Source: an uncultured Bacteroidales bacterium (GTDB lineage Bacteria; Bacteroidota; Bacteroidia; Bacteroidales; UBA10428). From it: a stretch of DNA of 64,000 nt. Both the position numbers and the translations under genes were made by a program. Shown here piece by piece: positions 9,566 through 18,449 of the stretch (position 1 is its first letter; every line of letters starts with the position of its first letter). Where the stretch lies: assembly GCA_963705125.1 (NCBI GenBank), contig CAVPIY010000011.1, positions 350,953 to 414,952 on the forward strand, written 5' to 3'. The notes beneath the pieces were generated by a model that was not told the DNA's origin, did no database searches, and worked only from the letters and a program-made list of their open reading frames with translations.

Positions 9566-10966
9566 TTTCCAGGGCTTTCTATACTCATAATGCAGCAATT
9601 TGTTCGCCTCTGCACTATTGGTAAACTGCTCCTTATCAGCATCCCACAACAACCGGGTTTTGGTAGCCAGGGCTATATTGGCCAGGTGGGCAAAGCTGGT
9701 TGACCGATGCCCTTCTTCGAGAGGACAAAGCGGTGCCTGCCGGGATTTAATGCAATCCAGGAAATTCCGGATCAGGGTACCCGTGCTGTCTGCGCTGCTG
9801 CCATCGTCAAGGGCCTTGTTCACATTTTGATATTCCTCGGCCTCTATCAGCTTTTCCCAGGTCTGGAACTGGCCTTTCGTGGCCGGGATAATCTTATAGG
9901 CGCTCTCATCCGCCAGCAATGTGCCTTTAGTCCCGCGGAGTTCAATCTCGCCAAAAGAAGCCATGGGTCCGCTGTTTGCTTCGTAATCGCTGAAAAGGAT
10001 CATGGCACCTGAAGCAAATTCAAAAGTCACTTGTAATGTATCCGGTATTGTACTGTCATCATCAAGAATATACTTACCGCCATGCGCACTGATTGCCATG
10101 GGGGCCTTTTCTCCCATCAGCCACCGGATAACGTCCATATAGTGGACACCCCAGTTGCCCATCTGGGAGGAATAGTCGCTCCACCAGCGAAAGGTATAGG
10201 GTGCTATATTATATTTGTAAGGGATATAAGCCCTGGGACCGAGCCAGGTATCCCAGTCAAAACCAGCCGGAGGGGCTTCGGGTTTCATTTTGCCGATGCC
10301 ATCCGGAAACATATTGTTGATATGCGCTGCCCTGCCCACGGTGATCTTGCCTATTTTGCCCGATGGCATTTCTTTGGCCAGTTTCTGATACAGGACATTG
10401 CCCCTCCTGTTCAAACCTACCTGGGCGATCTGCTTGCTCGCTTTCAGTGCATTTACCATACTGCGGCCTTCATGAATGGTAATGGTCATGGGTTTTTCCA
10501 CATACACATCTTTTCCGGCCTTTATAGCATCTGTGGTTTGCAGCGCATGCCAATGATCGGGTGTGGCAATACAAACGGCATCAATGGTTTTATCCTCTAG
10601 CAGTTTGCGGTAATCGGTATACCGGTCAACCTTGTTTGCAAAAGTTTCTCCCATTTTGGGGATGCGCCCTTCTTTTCCCAGGTAACCCGTCGTATATCGC
10701 GGGTCGACTTTCGCATAGTCCCTGGAAAGGTAGGCCTCATAGAGATCGCACAGTGCCGCTACTTCACAGTCGGGTTGAGCCATAAACAGTTTCATCAGCT
10801 GCGTGCCCCGGTTGCCCACCCCGATAAAACCCACACGGATCTTATCGTTGGCGCCAACAAATTGAGATCCTGCGGATGCAATGCCATTCAGGCCAAGTGA
10901 TAATCCGGTTGCTGCCAGGGTTGATTTTGCAATGAATTCTCTACGATTACTTAAAACTCTTTTCAT
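9554..10966 (-). CDS. Gfo/Idh/MocA-family oxidoreductase with twin-arginine signal
   Basis: NRREFIA Tat motif. Rossmann motif GFIGVGNRG. 470 aa. Confidence 0.8.
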   Translation of the reverse strand: MKRVLSNRREFIAKSTLAATGLSLGLNGIASAGSQFVGANDKIRVGFIGVGNRGTQLMKLFMAQPDCEVAALCDLYEAYLSRDYAKVDPRYTTGYLGKEGRIPKMGETFANKVDRYTDYRKLLEDKTIDAVCIATPDHWHALQTTDAIKAGKDVYVEKPMTITIHEGRSMVNALKASKQIAQVGLNRRGNVLYQKLAKEMPSGKIGKITVGRAAHINNMFPDGIGKMKPEAPPAGFDWDTWLGPRAYIPYKYNIAPYTFRWWSDYSSQMGNWGVHYMDVIRWLMGEKAPMAISAHGGKYILDDDSTIPDTLQVTFEFASGAMILFSDYEANSGPMASFGEIELRGTKGTLLADESAYKIIPATKGQFQTWEKLIEAEEYQNVNKALDDGSSADSTGTLIRNFLDCIKSRQAPLCPLEEGHRSTSFAHLANIALATKTRLLWDADKEQFTNSAEANKLLHYEYRKPWKLST

Positions 10967-10975
10967 ATGGCTTTT

Positions 10976-13900
10976 TTATAGTTTAGTAGTCAAGATTAGC
11001 TGTTCGACAATACGGGCATTGACATCTTTTTCTGACTCTTTCAGAACGAAGTTTTTGTCATGCTCAAACATGGCTTTGCTCCACAACAGCAATTTATGAT
11101 CCGGGAAGTACTTTATTTGCCCGTCCAGCCATTGAACCGCTTCATTCCGCCTGTTCAACTTTTCATAGGCCCATGCAGTTACAAGTGCATTAGAAGGGGA
11201 AAAATTCCGGACTGTATTTTCAACACGGGGTTCAAACTGAATGATCTGTTTCAGAAGTTTATCAGCATCTGCTGTTCGCTTCTGCTGAACATAGCACAAA
11301 TAAGTCGTCCAATCCTCTAACCGTGTATCGATATCTTCGGGATAGGGCATGCCCACACCCAGATTTTCAGGCCATAGCCTGGCCTGGTCGATGAGCTTCA
11401 GGGCTGCTTTGGCATTTTTCTTTTGAATGTTCTGGACAGCCTGCATCAGTTTAGCTTCCCGGTATAATTCATGTCCATCAGTTGCTCCTTCATAAGGAAT
11501 AATATTAATCCCAGTCAGAACCTTGTCTGCTTCTACATACTTTTTATTCAGGTTGAGTGTCTTGGCATACAGCATACCCATGATGAAATTCTTTGGTTGC
11601 GTGCGGTAAAATGCCTCAGTAATGAGCAAGGCCTTGTCATTTTGCTGGTGATTGATATAATAATCCGCCAGAAGCCTATGATAACGCCACTGATTATCGA
11701 CTGACAGGGCCTTTTTCAGATCAGCCTCACATTTCGCATCATCAAAACCCCTGAATAATTCCGCACGGCTTGCATAAAAGGGTGCAAAACCCGGTGTATC
11801 ACCGCATGACGAGAACAGTTTGTTGCATTCAGCAACCCGGTTCCTGTCCCTATATATCAGGGCCAGGTGATACTTCAGCAGCCAGTCATCCTGGGTAGAA
11901 AGCAGGTGCTCCAGAACTGAGGCGGTCTCGGAACGGAAAGGAAATGAGAAGGCCGGATCAAGGCCGGAACAATCAACCTTGCTCTGATCTAAAAAAGCCA
12001 TCCAGTAAGCCACCTCCGGTGTTTTTGGAGACAGGGAAAGGACCTTTCGTGCATCAGGAATACTGCCTGCATTGTAATACCATACTGCCAGTTCCATAAG
12101 GGTTTCCTGAGGCAGCTCATTCCGGATAAGCGAAGTAAACTGCAATCTGGTCTCTTCATCCGGTTTTAGCAGGTATTTTTCAAACCGGGCAAAGTGGTTA
12201 ATCGGATCATAAGATGATATACACTTCAATACATCAGCCTCCCCGGAGAGATCATTCTGATAACGGCATATAACAGCCTGCAGTTGGAGGGCATCTATGT
12301 TATATCGGTTGTAATCAACCGCTCTTTTCGCATATCCTAGCGCCTTCTCAAAATTCCTTTCCCTCAGATACATTCTGCTCAGTTCAGTATAAGCAGCGCT
12401 GCGGTAATCGGATGAAAGTGTAGCAATATCAAAGCCGTCTTTGGCATCCACGATATGTCCCAGCCTGGCATTGATCAGTCCATAAAAATAATTGGCACTG
12501 CCATCATGGGTATCAATGCTCAAAGCACGTCTGGCCAATTCAAGGGCTTTTTCGTACTGCATGTTTCGATATTTCAATTCTGCCATTTTTACCAGGGCGG
12601 GCAGGTAGTTATGGTCCTTGTCCAGGGCAGCCTGCAATTTCTCTTCAGCTTCGGGATACATCTTCTGGTCCATGGCCTCTTTTCCCTGTACATATAGACC
12701 ATAGGCGCTGTTCCAGTCAAAATCGTCAGGGGCATTCACCGGCCTGTTCAAAACATAGGCCTGTGGATCAGTGTCATAAATAAGCTTGTTTTCTCCCAGA
12801 GTTACTTTCAAATGCTGTCCGCTTCCGGATAGTTTTATTGAATCAGCGAAAGTTGACAGGGGCTGCAATTGTAAGTCCCTGCTGTAAATGATCTTTTGCC
12901 CATCGGATATGATGAGCTTGTCCCGAATGGACTGTACCGGCGAAAACCACACCTTAAGCCAGCCGTTCTCATTCTTAACATTGAGAGCTCCGTACTCATT
13001 GGCTTCAACAAATCCCCGGGTGCGTAATACGGGATAAAAGTATTCAGTCCAGCTATCCGTTGCATATGGCGCAAAGCTTCTGTGTTTAAAAGGGGTACGG
13101 GTCGCCGTAAAGCCATTTTGATTAAACAGTCTTCCTGATTGCATCTCGACATACTGTCCGTCCGTATCGGTCAGCAGATTTTCCCAAATCATGCCCTGCC
13201 TGGACAAGCCCCAGATCCATATTTTCTTCCCGGCTTTGTCGTCATGTGAACCATACCTTGCCACACCAAAATCGTCATCATGCCAATAGCCACCAAAAAA
13301 ATGGGCATATTTTCCAAATACATGATAGGATTTATACCCACCGAAATTATTGGATTCATAGAACGAAATTTTCTTGCCGTTGCTTTCGTTAACGGGCCAG
13401 TCCGCATACTCTCCTTCATGTCCGATGTATCTGTTACCGGGATAGATGAACTCCAGATTACCGTCCGCTTTGTATCCTCCGTTAAGCCAATGGTAATAGG
13501 GCTGTTCCACGGGCGATGAGTTATACCAGAACGTTCTGGTAATAAAATAAGCCTTATCCTTCGGAAGGGTTACTTCAAGCCGCCAGTTGCTTCTGGAAAT
13601 CAGGTCAAGCACGCCAACAGTGCAGGTAACACTACCATCAGCATTGGTTTGTACAATATAATCCACCGGAGTTGCACAATTGGCTGTATGGCCTATAATG
13701 CCATAGTTAAGCTCCAGTCCGCCACTGGTATATGGACCACGCATGGAAAGATCACGGAACTTTATCGCGTGATTGTAATAAATGAAGGGCCGGTTGGATG
13801 ATTTCTCAATGGCTGTCCAGATTTTACCCCCAACTTCAGGCAAAATCATCACCCGGATAAAATCATTCTCCAGTTCCACGACCTTCCAGGATTTCTGAAC

Positions 13901-14110
13901 CGGTGTATCCGTATAACCATCAAAACGGAAATAAGGATAAACGGATGTAAACAGCGGAATCGGGCTGGGATCGGAATACGGATAAGTCGGGAATACTTGT
14001 TGATATTCCTTTATGGTAGCATCCCGCTGCTGTGACAGGGCAACAGCACAGGTGACAAGCAGGGTAAAGCCAAGGGCGAGTTGCCTGCATTTTAAGAAAC
14101 GAGCATACAT
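10976..14110 (-). CDS. Secreted DUF5107-like N-terminal domain fused to a long TPR-like helical repeat region
   Basis: Signal peptide. The N-terminal ~400 aa resemble DUF5107 as I recall it. The C-terminal ~600 aa show TPR-like A/Y/L periodicity. The stop lies 9 nt before the start of the downstream Gfo/Idh/MocA gene. Confidence 0.5.
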   Translation of the reverse strand: MYARFLKCRQLALGFTLLVTCAVALSQQRDATIKEYQQVFPTYPYSDPSPIPLFTSVYPYFRFDGYTDTPVQKSWKVVELENDFIRVMILPEVGGKIWTAIEKSSNRPFIYYNHAIKFRDLSMRGPYTSGGLELNYGIIGHTANCATPVDYIVQTNADGSVTCTVGVLDLISRSNWRLEVTLPKDKAYFITRTFWYNSSPVEQPYYHWLNGGYKADGNLEFIYPGNRYIGHEGEYADWPVNESNGKKISFYESNNFGGYKSYHVFGKYAHFFGGYWHDDDFGVARYGSHDDKAGKKIWIWGLSRQGMIWENLLTDTDGQYVEMQSGRLFNQNGFTATRTPFKHRSFAPYATDSWTEYFYPVLRTRGFVEANEYGALNVKNENGWLKVWFSPVQSIRDKLIISDGQKIIYSRDLQLQPLSTFADSIKLSGSGQHLKVTLGENKLIYDTDPQAYVLNRPVNAPDDFDWNSAYGLYVQGKEAMDQKMYPEAEEKLQAALDKDHNYLPALVKMAELKYRNMQYEKALELARRALSIDTHDGSANYFYGLINARLGHIVDAKDGFDIATLSSDYRSAAYTELSRMYLRERNFEKALGYAKRAVDYNRYNIDALQLQAVICRYQNDLSGEADVLKCISSYDPINHFARFEKYLLKPDEETRLQFTSLIRNELPQETLMELAVWYYNAGSIPDARKVLSLSPKTPEVAYWMAFLDQSKVDCSGLDPAFSFPFRSETASVLEHLLSTQDDWLLKYHLALIYRDRNRVAECNKLFSSCGDTPGFAPFYASRAELFRGFDDAKCEADLKKALSVDNQWRYHRLLADYYINHQQNDKALLITEAFYRTQPKNFIMGMLYAKTLNLNKKYVEADKVLTGINIIPYEGATDGHELYREAKLMQAVQNIQKKNAKAALKLIDQARLWPENLGVGMPYPEDIDTRLEDWTTYLCYVQQKRTADADKLLKQIIQFEPRVENTVRNFSPSNALVTAWAYEKLNRRNEAVQWLDGQIKYFPDHKLLLWSKAMFEHDKNFVLKESEKDVNARIVEQLILTTKL

Positions 14111-14183
14111 ATTGATTGATTTTTAATAGCGGTTATGAATGAGATCTCCTTAAGCAATAATAATAAAAAAATTATTAATTATC

Positions 14184-16355
14184 TTGAAACCCAAAATTCT
14201 ACGAATGTTTCGTCATGGACTGATCCTGGCTATCTTGCTATATGCTTCTGTTCTGGGGCTATTCTCACAACCCGGGATACAGGTGGTTTTTACTGAGTCG
14301 CAGCCAACCATTGACGGATGGGTCAATGATGAAGTCTGGAATAAAGCCGCCCTGGTAAATGATCTGGTTCAGCGGGAGCCCAGGATTGGCGAACCTGTGT
14401 CAGAGAAAACCGAATTCCTGTTCCTGTGCGACAGGAATAACCTCTATGTTGGGATCCGGTGCGCAGCAGAACCGGGGGGTATAACGGCAAAAGAACTGGC
14501 ACGCGATGTGAGCCTTGGCGATGATGACCGGGTTCAGGTGATCCTGGACACCTACCTGGACGGCAGAAATGGCTACTGGTTCCAGATCGGTCCGCGGGGA
14601 AGCATTGGGGATGCCCTGATCAGTCAGAACGGGAAGGATTTCAATAAATCCTGGGATGGCCTGTGGAATGGTAAGGCAAAGATCACCGCGGAGGGTTGGA
14701 CCGCAGAGATGGTCATTCCATTTAAAACGCTCGCATTCAGAAAGGGACAGGACACCTGGGGACTGAAAATCATACGGCATATCAAAAAGAGATCGGAATC
14801 GTCCTATTGGCCTCCCACCTCCCTGAATGCTGACCGGTTTCAGATATCCGATGCCGGGAGGATTTCCGGGCTTACCAATATCACCCAGGGAATAGGACTT
14901 GATGTTGTACCGTATGTAACAGGAGGCATTTTGAAAAAACCGGAAGAGGATCCTGATCCCTTGCTGGATGCCGGACTGGATGCATTCTACCAGATCACCC
15001 CCTCACTCAAAGCAGCCCTTACCATCAATACAGACTTTGCCCAGACCGAAGTCGATCTGAAACAGATCAATCTTACACGCTTTAGCCTGTTTTTCCCTGA
15101 GAAACGGGATTTTTTTCTTGACGGGGCGAATTATTTCAATTTCGGTATTAATGGAGATGTGGAAGACCCGAAAAATACCAGTCTTATTCCCTATTTCTCC
15201 AGAAGGATTGGCCTGGATCCTGAGGGTAATCCGGTTGCAATCCGGTACGGCGGTAAATTTACGGGACAGGCCGGCAAATGGAACCTCGGTTTTCTTCATG
15301 TCAGGGACGACAATCCATGGGACAATCCTGGATATACAGTTGGCCGGATAACCCGGAATTTTGGCAAACAATCCTCCATTGGTATAATCGGTACATACGG
15401 CAATGCCTTGTCGGAAGAAGATAACGGACTGGCTGGTTTTGATCTCAGGTTAGCCAGTGCGGAGATCAAACAGAACAAAAACATGGTGTTTAGCCTGTAT
15501 GCTTTGAAATCATTTACCACAGATCTGACCGGGAATGATATCTCCCTGGGAACAGAAATCAACTATCCGAATGATTTCATCAATTTCCGGTTTGGATTTT
15601 ATCAGATTGGAGAGAATTTTATTGCAGGACTAGGTTTTGTGCCGCGCAACGATATCCGCGACTATTATGGAAGTTTTCGAGTTGGTCCGCGACCGAAAAA
15701 ATCAAAAGTATTGCAGATCAAATCAGGGTTCGCCTATTCACTGATTACCGGTTTGAAACAGACAGATCTTCAGAGTGTTGATTTTGACATTAATTTTTGC
15801 GAGATCAATTTCCTGAGTGGTGACATAATTATCCTGTCATCACAATATCAATTTGAATCACTTCAAGAGGAGTTCATCTTATTTGATCAATATACAATCC
15901 CGGCAGGTGATTATAATTTCTGGAGTCATTCATTGTCACTTCTTTCGGCAAAACGCCGGAATGTATGGGCCGGAACCCGTGTCAGCAATGGCGGTTTCTA
16001 TTCGGGATCGCGCACCAGCTGGCTCATGCAATTGGGTTATAAGGTTTTCGTCCCAATTTATATAGGCCTTGAATCCGACCTCAATTTTGTGGATCTTCCG
16101 GAAGGATACTTCGAAACAAGGATTTACCGCTTCAATCTGAACCTTTTATTTGGTCCGAATGTGTCGTTGTACAGTTTCGTACAGTATGATAACCAGACCG
16201 AAAGTATGGGCTGGCAGTCCCGGTTTCAATGGATCATCAAACCGGGCAAGGAGGTCTATTTTACCTGGAATGCACCGTATATGGATCCCCTGGAGCGATT
16301 CCGGACTGAAAGTTACGAGGCAAGGGTGAAGGTGAATTATACCATAAGGTTTTAA
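14184..16355 (+). CDS. CBM9-like module plus DUF5916-like domain protein
   Basis: Signal peptide. IDGWVNDEVWNKA...NLYVGIRC is a CBM9/DOMON-like N-terminus. TTG start at 14184; alternative ATG at 14205. Confidence 0.6.
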   Translation: MKPKILRMFRHGLILAILLYASVLGLFSQPGIQVVFTESQPTIDGWVNDEVWNKAALVNDLVQREPRIGEPVSEKTEFLFLCDRNNLYVGIRCAAEPGGITAKELARDVSLGDDDRVQVILDTYLDGRNGYWFQIGPRGSIGDALISQNGKDFNKSWDGLWNGKAKITAEGWTAEMVIPFKTLAFRKGQDTWGLKIIRHIKKRSESSYWPPTSLNADRFQISDAGRISGLTNITQGIGLDVVPYVTGGILKKPEEDPDPLLDAGLDAFYQITPSLKAALTINTDFAQTEVDLKQINLTRFSLFFPEKRDFFLDGANYFNFGINGDVEDPKNTSLIPYFSRRIGLDPEGNPVAIRYGGKFTGQAGKWNLGFLHVRDDNPWDNPGYTVGRITRNFGKQSSIGIIGTYGNALSEEDNGLAGFDLRLASAEIKQNKNMVFSLYALKSFTTDLTGNDISLGTEINYPNDFINFRFGFYQIGENFIAGLGFVPRNDIRDYYGSFRVGPRPKKSKVLQIKSGFAYSLITGLKQTDLQSVDFDINFCEINFLSGDIIILSSQYQFESLQEEFILFDQYTIPAGDYNFWSHSLSLLSAKRRNVWAGTRVSNGGFYSGSRTSWLMQLGYKVFVPIYIGLESDLNFVDLPEGYFETRIYRFNLNLLFGPNVSLYSFVQYDNQTESMGWQSRFQWIIKPGKEVYFTWNAPYMDPLERFRTESYEARVKVNYTIRF

Positions 16356-16356
16356 G

Positions 16357-16401
16357 AAGTGCCTTAAGTACTTAAAGTGCCTAAAGTGTCTAAAGTACTT
16401 G
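16357..16401. repeat. Family-4 9-bp tandem repeat (5 units, AAGTRCYT variants)
   Basis: AAGT cores at 16357, 16366, 16375, 16384 and 16393. The repeat begins 2 nt after the stop of 14184..16355 and supplies the stop of 16390..16602. Confidence 0.8.
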
Positions 16402-16602
16402 GAGACTGCTGAAATCCGCTTTGCTCCGGGCTCGATTTGCTTCCCGGTAATTTGCTCCGATACTGGTGCCTGATTTTGTGATCTGATTTTTAACTACTTT
16501 TCCTTCAGATGTTTCCGGTATTATAGCTGATAACCTTATTATTGTAATGGCAAACTTCCTTGTCCGCATTTCCAACAACTTCCCAAACTCCTTATTATCC
16601 AT
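16390..16602 (-). pseudogene. Truncated four-helix-bundle protein (TIGR02436 / 23S rRNA intervening-sequence protein family)
   Basis: MDNKEFGKLLEMRTRKFAITIIRL...KSGTSIGANYREANRARSKADF matches the family up to about residue 65 of ~120. It then runs into the 9-mer array (SSLQVL*). The ORF-track N-terminal extension overlaps a repeat. Confidence 0.6.
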
Positions 16603-16658
16603 TGTTTCTGATGCGTAAAAGAATAAGTTTGTATTGGACTCAACATAATCGGTTTTGA

Positions 16659-16858
16659 AGCCACGGAGTGGCATCATTTCAATAACCGTGGGTGATAACC
16701 CACGGATATATACAGAATATAGTCTCTCAGCCCTGAAAGAGTTGAATAACAGGTGGTAATGCCTATCGGTTCAACCCCTCCGGGGCTGAATGGTGATGCC
16801 GGTCTTTTCTGCCGTGGGTTTACACCCACGGCTATTTATATTCAACTCCTTCGGGGTC
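16659..16858. repeat. Family-3 composite palindromic (MITE-like) element, copy 1
   Basis: agCCACGGAGTGG...caatAACCGTGGGTgataACCCACGG ... TTCAACCCCTCCGGGGCTGAA ... GCCGTGGGTttacACCCACGGC. Colinear with 49341-49527. Confidence 0.75.
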
Positions 16859-16996
16859 AAAAATCAAATCATAATATCATAGAACGTTTATATTATATTT
16901 AATATCAATAATATACAAACAAATTTTGAAAGTTAACACATCACCACTAATTATCCATAACTTTTTATTTAAATGACTATTACACTTAACACAATC

Positions 16997-17045
16997 CAAG
17001 TACTTTAAGTATTCTAAGTACTCTAATTAGTTAAGGCACTTTAAT
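16997..17045. repeat. Family-4 9-bp tandem repeat (3 good units plus degenerate units)
   Basis: ccaagtact ttaagtatt ctaagtact ctaattagt taaggcact tta. The repeat overlaps the stop of 17031..18392. Confidence 0.7.
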
Positions 17046-18392
17046 TCCTCCTACTACATACCACCCGTCCTCTAACCTTCCTTTGTTCGCGATGGGAATG
17101 GTATGTTCTATTGAACTGTGAAAAACCACGCCCATTTCAAGGTTGTAATCGCCGGCCGGCAAATCATCCGGCAATTTGTAATTAACGGAAACGCTCTTGT
17201 CACCTGGAAGCCATCCCTGAATCGACAGGTCAGTAATGGTTACAGCTTTGTTTATCCCGTTTTTATCCTTCAGTCTGAATGCCAGGCGATGATCCCGGTA
17301 AGGCGGGGCAAGGCCCAGGTTTTCCCATCTCATGCTTATTTCCATCTCTGAACCGGCAGCAACCACATCATTATAATCCATCACCCGAAGTACCAGCCTG
17401 AATCCCAGTTTCATCACCAGGCGTTCGATATCCGATATCCAACCAGCCGGAATATAGTGTGATTTATTCTGCACAAAGGTTGCATGCCATTTTATGGCAT
17501 CATCCACTACTTCATCCGGGGGTGTGGGAAAGCCACCAAAGGTACCGCATGGTTCCAGTGCGACAGTCCCGGTTTTCCAGCCATCCGGCATCAGATTGAC
17601 CATCGGCCAGTAGGAATCCTCATGATGATTCCATCCTACACCCGGTGCATCCCCGTTACCCCAGCAATCCCCCCGCCAGCCCGAGCGCCCCTTTGAGTTG
17701 GCATACAATACATTGTCTCTGTCGTCAACCAATGCTGTCAGGGGTGTATTGGGGAATACTTCATAATACAGGTCAATGATGGCTTTACGTGCTGCATCAC
17801 TGGGCATAAGAACCGGATCACAGTAATTATGCCATTCACCCCATAACCCCACTGATCCGATATCAACCAGGGCAAGGTCGGGATGCCCATCGTAACGCTC
17901 TCCCAGGGCCCTGATCAGTTTCTCATGATATTGCTGAACAACCGGCTCTTCCAGGTCGACCTCATAATGTGCTCCTTCCTCAGGACATTCCGAAAAGGTG
18001 TACTTAATTCCTTTATCCAGAAGCCATTGCGGGATGGTGTTCTCATAGCCGGGCCAGGAAAGCATGACGCGAAAAGCCAGGGCCTGATTAGCCTGGCGGC
18101 ACCGGCTCAGCCATTCGTCGATCATGTCAAAGGCATACTGACCTTCCTCCGGCTCCAGGTCGCCCCAGGTCCACCGCATATAGGCACAGCCTGATTTAAA
18201 CCGAAGCCCGGTCAGGGTCGGATCGTCATGGGCAGTCCGGAAGAAAGTCTGCCACCCGATGCCGGGAATCTGCAGGAAGCCTTCATCCTCCTGAAGTATG
18301 CTCTGCTTTGTCTTTTCAGAGCTTGCACAGGCTAGTACTAATCCTGTCACCAAAATTATCCATATCACTGGCAAACTGCTTGTTCGATTCAT
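17031..18392 (-). CDS. Clan GH-A-like glycoside hydrolase (DUF4874/DUF4832-type) lipoprotein
   Basis: Lipoprotein-type signal (LVLACASS) from the ATG at 18392 (ORF track uses TTG at 18419). GLWGEWH motif. Confidence 0.5.
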   Translation of the reverse strand: MNRTSSLPVIWIILVTGLVLACASSEKTKQSILQEDEGFLQIPGIGWQTFFRTAHDDPTLTGLRFKSGCAYMRWTWGDLEPEEGQYAFDMIDEWLSRCRQANQALAFRVMLSWPGYENTIPQWLLDKGIKYTFSECPEEGAHYEVDLEEPVVQQYHEKLIRALGERYDGHPDLALVDIGSVGLWGEWHNYCDPVLMPSDAARKAIIDLYYEVFPNTPLTALVDDRDNVLYANSKGRSGWRGDCWGNGDAPGVGWNHHEDSYWPMVNLMPDGWKTGTVALEPCGTFGGFPTPPDEVVDDAIKWHATFVQNKSHYIPAGWISDIERLVMKLGFRLVLRVMDYNDVVAAGSEMEISMRWENLGLAPPYRDHRLAFRLKDKNGINKAVTITDLSIQGWLPGDKSVSVNYKLPDDLPAGDYNLEMGVVFHSSIEHTIPIANKGRLEDGWYVVGGIKVP

Positions 18393-18422
18393 ATTTATAC
18401 TTGTATAAACCAATCTCAACTT

Positions 18423-18449
18423 TAAGTACTCTAAGTACTTTAAGTACTT
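18423..18449. repeat. Family-4 9-bp tandem repeat (3 units)
   Basis: taagtactc taagtactt taagtactt. Lies between the stop of 18440..19486 and the start of 17031..18392. Confidence 0.8.

Noticed and set aside
10082-10600. Long antisense ORFs inside supported genes (for example 10082-10600, 41034-41591, 53481-54140, 60467-61198 and 48567-49034).
   Set aside because: Each lies opposite a long CDS with clear family motifs. They have no signal or start context and a composition typical of antisense frames.
16603-16677. N-terminal extension of the four-helix-bundle ORF (MMPLRGFKTDYVESNTNLFFYASET).
   Set aside because: It overlaps the family-3 repeat. Family members start close to MDNKEF.
16860-17030. 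An AT-rich 170-bp gap as a possible small RNA or tRNA.
   Set aside because: I could recognise no cloverleaf-compatible stems, no conserved motifs and no terminator. It is most simply AT-rich spacer.
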